DNA of 64,000 nucleotides from Chloroflexota bacterium (GTDB lineage Bacteria; Chloroflexota; UBA11872): NCBI GenBank assembly GCA_028873795.1, contig JAPPNP010000051.1, positions 71,641 to 135,640 of the forward strand, read 5' to 3'. Shown piece by piece: positions 56,744 to 64,000 of this stretch (position 1 is its first letter; each line of letters starts with the position of its first letter). The notes under the pieces were generated by a model. It saw only the letters and a program-made list of their open reading frames with translations, ran no database searches and was not told where the DNA came from. The position numbers and the translations under genes were made by a program.

Positions 56744-58357
56744 TCAGTAGGACTCGAAGATGACGGCGCCTTCCTCGACCCCGTCAATGATCTCGATCTC
56801 TGAGTCACTGCGAATGCCGGTGCGCACCGGCAAGCTGCGGCGTCGCCCATCGATGAGCGCCTCGACGAACTGGCGCAGGTTCACGGTGCGGACGGCCGTG
56901 ATGGGAACCTTCAAGACGTGATCCTTGACCTGCAGGGTGATCGTCATGACCGCGCGCATCCCGATCTCGACATCCGCGTCGGTCCAGTCCGCGGTGATCT
57001 TCGCCTCGTCGACACGTACGGTGCCGCCGCCAGGCGCGCCGATCTCATGCGGCAGCACGGCCACCCGTCCCCGGAAGACGGTCCCCTCCAGTCCACCGAC
57101 GACCACGTCCACCGCCTGCCCCACCGCAAGCTGGGGTTGATACCCGCGAGGAACGCTAGCTCGCACCACCAGCGTGCTTGCGTCGGCCATCTCAACGATC
57201 GCCTCACCCGGTCGCACCTGGGTACCCGGCACGCGAGGCACGTACGTCACCACGCCGTCGAAGGGTGCCGCCAGTTGGTGGTCGGCCGTGGGCGCTCTCA
57301 ACTCCGACAACTTCGAACGGGCAGCCGCGGCCGCTTCGCGCAGCGTCGCAACCTCGTGAGCCGCTCCGTGTTCGCCGTTCTCGATAGCAGCTAGGGCTCG
57401 CTGGGCGGCATCGCGCCGGAGAACGGCAGCTTGCCGGAGGGTCCGCGCGTGCTCGACCGTGGCCTCGTCCGCTCCGGCCCGGAGGGCTTCCAACTCGGCT
57501 TCGGCGCTGGCGATCGACGCCTCCGCGCCCGCCGTCGAGGCCCGCGCGACCTGAAGCGTGGGCGGGCCCTCGGGACGCTCGAGCAGGGAGATCTCGTAGC
57601 GCGCGCCGGCCAAGGCGAGCGTGACGGCGGCCACGGCCTGCTCGGCCGCTGCCAGCGCTTCGGCGGAAGCCGGCGGGCTCTGCCCCTGCAGGCGCCGAAA
57701 CTCGTCCTGAGCGCCCATCAGCCGCAGCTCATGGAATTCAACGTCGGCTCTGGCGGCGTCAATGGCCGCCGGCAGCGTCTCCTCGATGCGGCGCACCTCC
57801 GCGTGGCGACCTGCAAGCGCAGCCTCTGCCGTGGCAACCGCCGCCTGGGCGGTGGCAAGGCTTGCCGCCGAAGGTCCGGCTAGCAACGTGTCGAGCGCTC
57901 GCTGTCGGGCGAATACCTGACTCTGGGCCAGCAGCAACGCCTCCTCGGCCGCCGCCTGTTGCTCGAAGAGCTCGGATTCGGCGGCGGCGAGCCGCTGCTC
58001 GACGCTTTCGAGGTTGGCCTGCGCCGCCGCAATTTCGTCCGCTCTGGCGCCAGTGTCCAGCTCCGCCACCACCTCTCCGGCCCGCACCTCGTCGCCCCGC
58101 CGCACGTGGACCACCTTGAGCATCCCTGGGACGTCGAAGGCGAGGGCCGTCTCCAGTTCGGCCGCGACTCGGCCTTCCAAGCGGATGTCTTGTTGGATCC
58201 GGCCTCGCTCGACCTGGACCGTGGGGCGGTCGAGATAGCTCGGGGGCGCCGTGATCAGCGCGGGGGCGCTCGCTTCGCTCTCGGTAAAGAAGTCGCAGCC
58301 GGTCACAGCGAGACCCGCTAGGGCCAAAGCCCCGAGGGCGCGGATGCCATTCCTCAC
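56744..58357 (-). CDS. Periplasmic adaptor / membrane fusion lipoprotein (HlyD family) with long Ala/Glu-rich coiled coil
   Basis: Lipobox LAVTGC after GTG start; biotinyl/lipoyl-like beta segments flanking ~250-aa coiled coil; start chosen as GTG 58357 (longer ORF overlaps divergent gene). Confidence 0.6.
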   Translation of the reverse strand: MRNGIRALGALALAGLAVTGCDFFTESEASAPALITAPPSYLDRPTVQVERGRIQQDIRLEGRVAAELETALAFDVPGMLKVVHVRRGDEVRAGEVVAELDTGARADEIAAAQANLESVEQRLAAAESELFEQQAAAEEALLLAQSQVFARQRALDTLLAGPSAASLATAQAAVATAEAALAGRHAEVRRIEETLPAAIDAARADVEFHELRLMGAQDEFRRLQGQSPPASAEALAAAEQAVAAVTLALAGARYEISLLERPEGPPTLQVARASTAGAEASIASAEAELEALRAGADEATVEHARTLRQAAVLRRDAAQRALAAIENGEHGAAHEVATLREAAAAARSKLSELRAPTADHQLAAPFDGVVTYVPRVPGTQVRPGEAIVEMADASTLVVRASVPRGYQPQLAVGQAVDVVVGGLEGTVFRGRVAVLPHEIGAPGGGTVRVDEAKITADWTDADVEIGMRAVMTITLQVKDHVLKVPITAVRTVNLRQFVEALIDGRRRSLPVRTGIRSDSEIEIIDGVEEGAVIFESY

Positions 58358-58565
58358 GTCGGCCACCCGAGTCACGGACCGACCGGCAACGGTGCACTCG
58401 CCGGTGAGCTCGATTCTACCGGCAGGCCGAGCCTCGATTGCGAGCGGCAGAATCCGTGGAAATTGCGTCAGCCTGCCGCCGCCTGAATGCCCGTGGTATG
58501 CGCGAACGGAACGTCCCGGCGCCTGGCGGACCCTCCAGCAAGTACTCTCATCTTGCGGATTCCGC

Positions 58566-60554
58566 ATGTCGATCCACGACGGTGCGGATGGTCTGGAGCC
58601 GCTGATGTCGCATCCTGATACGCCGCAGGCTTGGAAGCCGCTGACGACGGCCGAGGGCGGCACGGTGACGGCGCTGGCGGCCGGGCCGCCGGGTGCGAGC
58701 CGCCAGGTCGTGATCGCTGGAACCCTAGGCGGGCTATTCGTCGGGCGCGACTGCGGGCATTCATGGGTAAAGGTGGGGGCGCTGGGCGGCCGCTTCATAC
58801 AGGCGGCGGCCGTCTCACCCACGTTTGACAGCGATTCCACGCTGATCGTCGGCACCGCCGGCTCTGGCGCCTTCCTCTCGGTGGACGGCGGAACGTCGTG
58901 GCGTGATCAAGACTTCTGGGGCCAGCGGCCGGACGTCACCGCGCTGGCGTTCTCGCCGACCTACGCAAGCGACGGCATGATCCTGGCCGGGACGAGCCAA
59001 GACGGCGTGTACGTCACCACCAATCGTGGCCGCACCTGGAATGCCTCCAACCTTGGGCTCGCCGATCTATCTGTCAATGCGCTAGCCGCTCACCTCGGGC
59101 CTGAGGGGAACGGATTGCTGTTCGCGGGAACGTCGACCGGCCTTTATCAATGGGCAGCCGAGGCGCGGCAATGGTTCGCCGTGGCCGGGTTTCCGGCCGG
59201 CAAACCGGTTCAGGCCATCGTCTTCGCACCGTGTCCAAGTGGTAGTGCGTTGTTCGTGGGAACCGAGGGTGGGGGGCTTTGGCGGTCAATCGACGGCAAC
59301 GCGTTGCATCGGCTCGAAACCGTGGACGCCGACGCCAGCGTCAATGCCATTGCAGTGTCGGCGGACTTCAGCGCCGACGGCACGCTGATGATTGCCACGG
59401 CCGAGCGTGGCCTCATGCAGTCGCGTGATCGAGGCGTCTCGTGGCAGCCGCTGGCGGGTGCGGCGGATATCAGTTCGGTCCTGGCCCTCACGAGCTGCGT
59501 CAGCCCGGACGGCCTTGGGTGGCTGGCCGGTCTGCACGAGCGCGGCGTCCTGCGTTCGGCGGACGGCGGCGGATCCTGGCGGCCTTCCAACGTTGGCATG
59601 TCCAGCCGACCGGTCCTGGCGCTGGCGTTGTCCCCTGACATTGCGTCCGACGGCACGCTCCTTGTCGGCACGGCGGCCGAAGGCGTGCTGCGATCCACCG
59701 ACGGTGGATTGACCTGGTCCCCCGCCAGCGAGGGCCTCGGCGAGTTGAGCGTGACGTCACTGGTCTTCTCACCGACGTTCCCGGCCGATCGCCGGGTATG
59801 GGCGATCGCTGGAGCTAGTCTCATGGAAAGCCGCGACGGCGGGCAGGCGTGGGAACCGGCGGCGGGTCTGCCGCGGGACGTCATGCCGCTGAGCCTGGCC
59901 GTCGCACCGGATGCACCTACCGGCCAGGCCATCGCGGTTGGGGGCGCCGACGGCGCGTTGGCGCAATCGCGCGACGGCGGCAAGTCGTGGTCGCCGTCGG
60001 CTGAGCAATTCTCAGGCAGGAACGTCGTGACGGTGGCGTTTTCTCCAAACTACGCCTTTGACGGCACGCTCTTCGCGGCCACCGCGGGTGAGGGAATGGT
60101 TGCGGTGTACCGCTCGACGGATCGCGGAACTGCGTGGCGTCAGATCCTCGAACACGCCGGCGACGGCTGGGTCTCGCTGGCAATCCCACACACGTACGGT
60201 CATAGGGGCGACTTCATAGCCGTCGCCACCGGTCGTGAGGTAATCACACCAGCTGGGCGCCAGGTGGAGTCCTGGCGCGCGACGCAAATAACCGAAGCCC
60301 GCTCGTCCGTCCTCGCGGTGAGGGCTTCGGCGCGGTTCGCCACGAACGACACCCTGTATGCCGCCACGAGCCGCGGCGTCTTGCGATCGTCGGACCGCGG
60401 CCGCATATGGCGGCGGCTGTCGGCCGGCATGGGAGCGCCACCAGTGACCAGCTTGGCCCTCGCGCCTGACCAAGTGGGCAAGGACATCCTGGTCGCCGGA
60501 ACTCTCCAGGGCAGCGTGTGGCGCCTGCGGGATGCCGAAGCGGCGCAAGACTAG
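58566..60554 (+). CDS. BNR/Asp-box repeat beta-propeller protein (Ycf48/sialidase-like)
   Basis: About ten S-x-D-[GR]-G-x-[ST]-W Asp-box motifs (SVDGGTSW, SRDRGVSW, SADGGGSW, STDGGLTW, SRDGGQAW, SRDGGKSW...). Confidence 0.7.
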   Translation: MSIHDGADGLEPLMSHPDTPQAWKPLTTAEGGTVTALAAGPPGASRQVVIAGTLGGLFVGRDCGHSWVKVGALGGRFIQAAAVSPTFDSDSTLIVGTAGSGAFLSVDGGTSWRDQDFWGQRPDVTALAFSPTYASDGMILAGTSQDGVYVTTNRGRTWNASNLGLADLSVNALAAHLGPEGNGLLFAGTSTGLYQWAAEARQWFAVAGFPAGKPVQAIVFAPCPSGSALFVGTEGGGLWRSIDGNALHRLETVDADASVNAIAVSADFSADGTLMIATAERGLMQSRDRGVSWQPLAGAADISSVLALTSCVSPDGLGWLAGLHERGVLRSADGGGSWRPSNVGMSSRPVLALALSPDIASDGTLLVGTAAEGVLRSTDGGLTWSPASEGLGELSVTSLVFSPTFPADRRVWAIAGASLMESRDGGQAWEPAAGLPRDVMPLSLAVAPDAPTGQAIAVGGADGALAQSRDGGKSWSPSAEQFSGRNVVTVAFSPNYAFDGTLFAATAGEGMVAVYRSTDRGTAWRQILEHAGDGWVSLAIPHTYGHRGDFIAVATGREVITPAGRQVESWRATQITEARSSVLAVRASARFATNDTLYAATSRGVLRSSDRGRIWRRLSAGMGAPPVTSLALAPDQVGKDILVAGTLQGSVWRLRDAEAAQD

Positions 60555-61690
60555 GTGTATGGATCGGCTGCGTCGCGCAAGCCGTCACCCATGAAGTTGA
60601 ATAGCAACACCACCACGATCACAAACAGGCCAGGAATGAGCATCCAGGGATAGAGGGCGATGCTCCGTACGTTCTGGGCGTCTTGCATCAGGCTTCCCCA
60701 GCTCACTGATGGCTCACGAATCCCCAGCCCCAAGAAGCTCAGCGAGGTCTCGGCAAGAATCATGTTCGGCACCGTCAACGTCAGGCTGACGATCAAATAG
60801 CTCATGAATCCGGGAACCATGTGGTCGAAGATCAGCCGCATGTGCCCGGCGCCGGCAACCCTGGCCGCCATCACGTAGTCGTGTTCGCGCAACTCGAGGA
60901 TCTTGCCCCGCACCACCCGAGCCAGGCCGGCCCAGCCGATGACTGACAGCACCACCGTGATTGCGAAATAGCGCTGAATGGGCGTCCAGAACGGCGGGAT
61001 TGCGGCACCGATTGCCATCCACAGCGGGATCGATGGAATCGAGATCACGACCTCGATAAACCGTTGAATGAGGATATCGCTCGTCCCCCCGACATAGCCG
61101 GACACCGAGCCGATGACCACGCCGAGCACGAAGCTCAGCAAGACCCCGATGAGACCAATGGAGAGGCTGATTCGAGCACCCGCCAGGACACGAGAGAACA
61201 TATCGCGTCCCAGCCTGTCCGTCCCAAAAAGGAAGACCTTGCCGTCCTCTACACCAAAGAAGTGGAGATCCATTTCCCAGAGACCCCAGAATTTGTATGG
61301 CTCGCCACGCTGAAAGAAGACAATTTTATTTATCCGGGAAAGATCTTCTTCGTAGACCCGCTTGAACTCCACCGGATCCAGCTCCGACTTGATCCCATAG
61401 ACAAACGGACCCTGGAAGTTGCCTTCGCTATCCCAAAAGTGGATGCGGGAAGGCGGTGAGTTCAGGAAGCCGTGGTCCGAGGTCTCCTTATAGGGAATCC
61501 AAAAGTCATAGGTCAGTGCAAAGAAATAGGCGATCGCCAATAGACACAGGCTAAACATGCCCAGCCTATGTCGCCGCATTTTGCGCCACATGAGCGTCCA
61601 CTGGCCGGCCGTGTAGTGGCGTTCCTCGTCGGTGAATTCACGAATGTTCACCCGCTCAGCCGCAACGTCGGTACCCGTCGGAACTCCCAT
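60551..61690 (-). CDS. ABC transporter permease (OppC/DppC-like) with long N-terminal extracytoplasmic extension
   Basis: BPD_transp_1 C-terminal core; start set to ATG 61690 just after OppB stop. Confidence 0.7.
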   Translation of the reverse strand: MGVPTGTDVAAERVNIREFTDEERHYTAGQWTLMWRKMRRHRLGMFSLCLLAIAYFFALTYDFWIPYKETSDHGFLNSPPSRIHFWDSEGNFQGPFVYGIKSELDPVEFKRVYEEDLSRINKIVFFQRGEPYKFWGLWEMDLHFFGVEDGKVFLFGTDRLGRDMFSRVLAGARISLSIGLIGVLLSFVLGVVIGSVSGYVGGTSDILIQRFIEVVISIPSIPLWMAIGAAIPPFWTPIQRYFAITVVLSVIGWAGLARVVRGKILELREHDYVMAARVAGAGHMRLIFDHMVPGFMSYLIVSLTLTVPNMILAETSLSFLGLGIREPSVSWGSLMQDAQNVRSIALYPWMLIPGLFVIVVVLLFNFMGDGLRDAADPYT

Positions 61691-61691
61691 C

Positions 61692-62702
61692 TCAGACAGC
61701 CGTTCGTTCCTGGCGGATTCGAGGGTCCACGACCACCAGCAAAACATCCGATAGCAGAGTGCCGAAAATCGTAAGCGCGGCCTCGACCATCAGAATACTG
61801 CCCGCCAGGTGCATATCCTGAACGCGCAACGCCACCAGCAAGACCGCTCCGGTCATCGGAATGTTGAGCACGATGGCCGTGATGGCACTGCCCGAGACAA
61901 TTGCCGGCAACGTCCATCCCACCGTACTGATGATGGGGTTTAACGCCAATCGAACCGGGTACTTGAACAGGAGTCGTCGCTCGGGAACGCCTTTGGCGCG
62001 CGCAGTGATGACGTATTGCTTTCCCAACTCGTCCAGAAGCACGCCTCGCATCACACGAATGAGACCGGCCGTTCCTGCTGTGGCAACGACGAACACCGGC
62101 ACCCAAAGGTGATTGATCATGTCCCACAGTTTCCCAAGGCTCCATGGCGCAAGGAGATATTCGGGCGAAAAGAGCCCTCCTGGACTGACACCGAACACTT
62201 GAAAGAGGAAATACATAAGCATGAGTGCGATCATGAAGTTAGGGGTAGCTAGGCCAATAAACCCAACGGCCGTGAACGCGTAATCGCCGAGGCTGTACTG
62301 ATGAGTGGCTGAATAAATGCCAATTGGCACAGCGATCAAATAGGTCAAGGTGAGAGAAACAGTCGTCACCAGCATCGTCGGGGGTACGACTTCTTGCAGG
62401 ATCGAGAGCACCGTGCGGCGCGAGCCACCACCGTAGCTTCCGAATGAACGTCCCATGTCGCCGCGAATGAACCGCGTGATCCAATTCACGTATTGTTCGA
62501 CTGGAGTTCGGTCTAATCCGTAGTAGATACGAAGGTTTTCGATTTCGGCTTCGTGGAGGGTCAATCCCTCAGCTTTGAGTGCATTAAGGTGGGTGGTTAG
62601 ATAGTCACCCGGAGGCAGCTGGATAACGATGAAAATCAACGCGCTCAGAATCCACCAGGCGAGCACCATGTAGCCGATGCGCCGGACGAGGTAGGCCCTC
62701 AC
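61692..62702 (-). CDS. ABC transporter permease (OppB/DppB-like)
   Basis: BPD_transp_1 pattern, 6 TM. Confidence 0.75.
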   Translation of the reverse strand: MRAYLVRRIGYMVLAWWILSALIFIVIQLPPGDYLTTHLNALKAEGLTLHEAEIENLRIYYGLDRTPVEQYVNWITRFIRGDMGRSFGSYGGGSRRTVLSILQEVVPPTMLVTTVSLTLTYLIAVPIGIYSATHQYSLGDYAFTAVGFIGLATPNFMIALMLMYFLFQVFGVSPGGLFSPEYLLAPWSLGKLWDMINHLWVPVFVVATAGTAGLIRVMRGVLLDELGKQYVITARAKGVPERRLLFKYPVRLALNPIISTVGWTLPAIVSGSAITAIVLNIPMTGAVLLVALRVQDMHLAGSILMVEAALTIFGTLLSDVLLVVVDPRIRQERTAV

Positions 62703-63066
62703 GGCGCTCCCTCAGGGCGCCTTGCGACGTCGCGCATGCGGCGCCGGAGGTTCGGCAGGCTGGCGTGGATCCATGGGCGGCGTCGGTCCGACCAGGGCCG
62801 GAAGCCGACAGCTTCCCTGGCAAGCGGCTGGCTCGAAGGCTGGTGGTCGGCCACTGTCAGCGGCGCTTTAGGTCGGCGATTGCCGCAACGCCCCTGGGGA
62901 TCGGTCGCGCCGCTCATGTTCGCGCCCCCCTGACACCACCGACTACGCCGCCGCTGGCCTCGCGCCGCAGTGGTGGGCACAGCGCGCGGCCTCGTGTCCG
63001 TCGCGGCCCCGCGCCCTTGGACCTCCAAGGACGGGGGCCGCGGCGAGGCTATTCAGCCGGCCGACC

Positions 63067-64000
63067 CTACCCGTCGTAGTAGAACTGCGGGAAGCCGTAG
63101 GGCCGCACGAAGTTGATGGCGGCGGCGAAGTTGATGCCCGTCGGCACGTTGCGCAGCGCCTGATTGACGATGGTGGGCTGCGGCGGATATCCAACCGTGC
63201 CGATGATTGGGTACTGGTCGTAGAAATAGGACCAGAACTTCACGCCGAGATCGTCGTACTCGGCTGAGCCCGGCACCGCTTGGCGCCATTGCTCTCTCAG
63301 GAGCTTGGCCTCTTTCACCCAGTCCGGAGGCTCCTCGCCTTCCGCGCCGTCGGTTTGAATCCATTGGGCCCAGCTGCCGGCCCAATAGCTCTCATAGGTG
63401 TCCATGCCGTAGTGCCACGACGCCCAGCGGGTGAAATAGGCCGCCGCTTCGCTGATGTCCTGGGGCATCATCACTTCGGTGAACGTCCTCGCCCGCTCGC
63501 GGAAGAGCGCTTCCTCTTCGAACTGCCATTCGGCATGGAGGCCCACCGCCTGCCAGTCCTTCACGACCAACGTGGCCATGTCTTCCTTGGGGCCCTCTTG
63601 GTCGGAGACCGTCAGCAATATGCTGAAGCGCTCACCGTCCGGCCGGAGTCGCCAGCCCTCGCTGTCGCGCTTGTCCAGCCCAATCCCGTCGAGCAGACGA
63701 TTGGCCTGGTCGGGATCGTATTCGGTATGGAGCGTGCCCCACTCGGGCTTGAAGAAGCTGTAGGACTCAAGCAGGTAGGGCGTGAACGGCCGCGCCAAGC
63801 CAAAGAACAGGGTCTCGTTGATGGCCTCGCGATTAATGGCCACCGAAGCCGCGACCCGGAAGTCCTTCTCCCGGAAGATGGCGGCGATCGCTGGATCCTT
63901 GTAGGTCTGGTTCGGGAACAAGGACATGGCCGACGTTCGCAAGCTGGAAGCGACCACCGTGCGGTATCCGCCGCGGTCCTCCTCCGCCCGGTAGAGCTCC
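63067..64000 (-). CDS. ABC transporter substrate-binding protein, family 5, C-terminal part (gene continues beyond window end)
   Basis: Reading frame open to position 64000; SBP_bac_5 C-terminal lobe pattern. Confidence 0.6.
   Translation of the reverse strand, partial: ELYRAEEDRGGYRTVVASSLRTSAMSLFPNQTYKDPAIAAIFREKDFRVAASVAINREAINETLFFGLARPFTPYLLESYSFFKPEWGTLHTEYDPDQANRLLDGIGLDKRDSEGWRLRPDGERFSILLTVSDQEGPKEDMATLVVKDWQAVGLHAEWQFEEEALFRERARTFTEVMMPQDISEAAAYFTRWASWHYGMDTYESYWAGSWAQWIQTDGAEGEEPPDWVKEAKLLREQWRQAVPGSAEYDDLGVKFWSYFYDQYPIIGTVGYPPQPTIVNQALRNVPTGINFAAAINFVRPYGFPQFYYDG

Noticed and set aside
56744-58855. 703-aa version of the membrane-fusion protein ORF
   Set aside because: The first ~165 codons precede the lipoprotein signal peptide and overlap the divergent BNR gene start region. 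The GTG at 58357 gives a canonical lipobox N-terminus.
1-64000. CRISPR array / cas genes
   Set aside because: No regularly spaced direct repeats with unique spacers. The repeats present are hairpin/MITE-like and dispersed, not arrayed.

Overview
This 64 kb window is a high-GC (~65-70%) bacterial chromosomal segment with dense coding on both strands; GTG/TTG starts and 4-nt gene overlaps are frequent. I find no rRNA, no intact tRNA and no CRISPR array.

Gene content by function:
- **Housekeeping:** ketopantoate reductase (panE), diaminopimelate decarboxylase (lysA), a sigma-70 family factor.
- **Redox/catabolic:** Zn-alcohol dehydrogenases (MDR family), SDR, Gfo/Idh/MocA, Old Yellow Enzyme, D-2-hydroxyacid dehydrogenase, TPP-dependent enzyme, GH78 alpha-L-rhamnosidase, two xylose-isomerase-like TIM-barrel proteins, sarcosine-oxidase-like flavoprotein, M19 and M20 peptidases, class-V aminotransferase.
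- **Transport:** an ABC-2 exporter (ATPase plus two permeases); a second Opp-type ABC locus (substrate-binding protein and two permeases, no ATPases in the window); an MFP plus large FtsX-type permease pair with no ATPase.
- **Catabolic operon:** a GntR-controlled operon of a Dpp/Opp-type ABC importer, hydantoinase A/B and an amidohydrolase-2.
- **Toxin-antitoxin:** three PIN-toxin/antitoxin (VapBC-type) pairs.

Most unusual features:
1. A family of composite GC-rich hairpin/MITE-like intergenic repeats in at least six copies, with compensatory base changes.
2. A tandem metallo-beta-lactamase-fold protein.
3. A secreted protein built only from four tandem sCache_2-like domains.
4. A ~9 kb block (32.2-41.4 kb) that looks like an accessory island: a permease interrupted by an in-frame TAG, a low-GC segment, two membrane/secreted ankyrin-repeat (eukaryotic-like) proteins (one with a novel duplicated Cys-containing N-terminal domain), and a NarL-type two-component pair.
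5. A ~730-nt non-coding stretch next to that block carrying a tRNA 3'-end-like fragment (GGTTCAATTCC T-arm) and palindromes, suggesting an integration scar or ncRNA.
6. A BNR/Asp-box repeat protein.

No database searches were possible. All calls rest on reading the translated ORFs and the nucleotide sequence.
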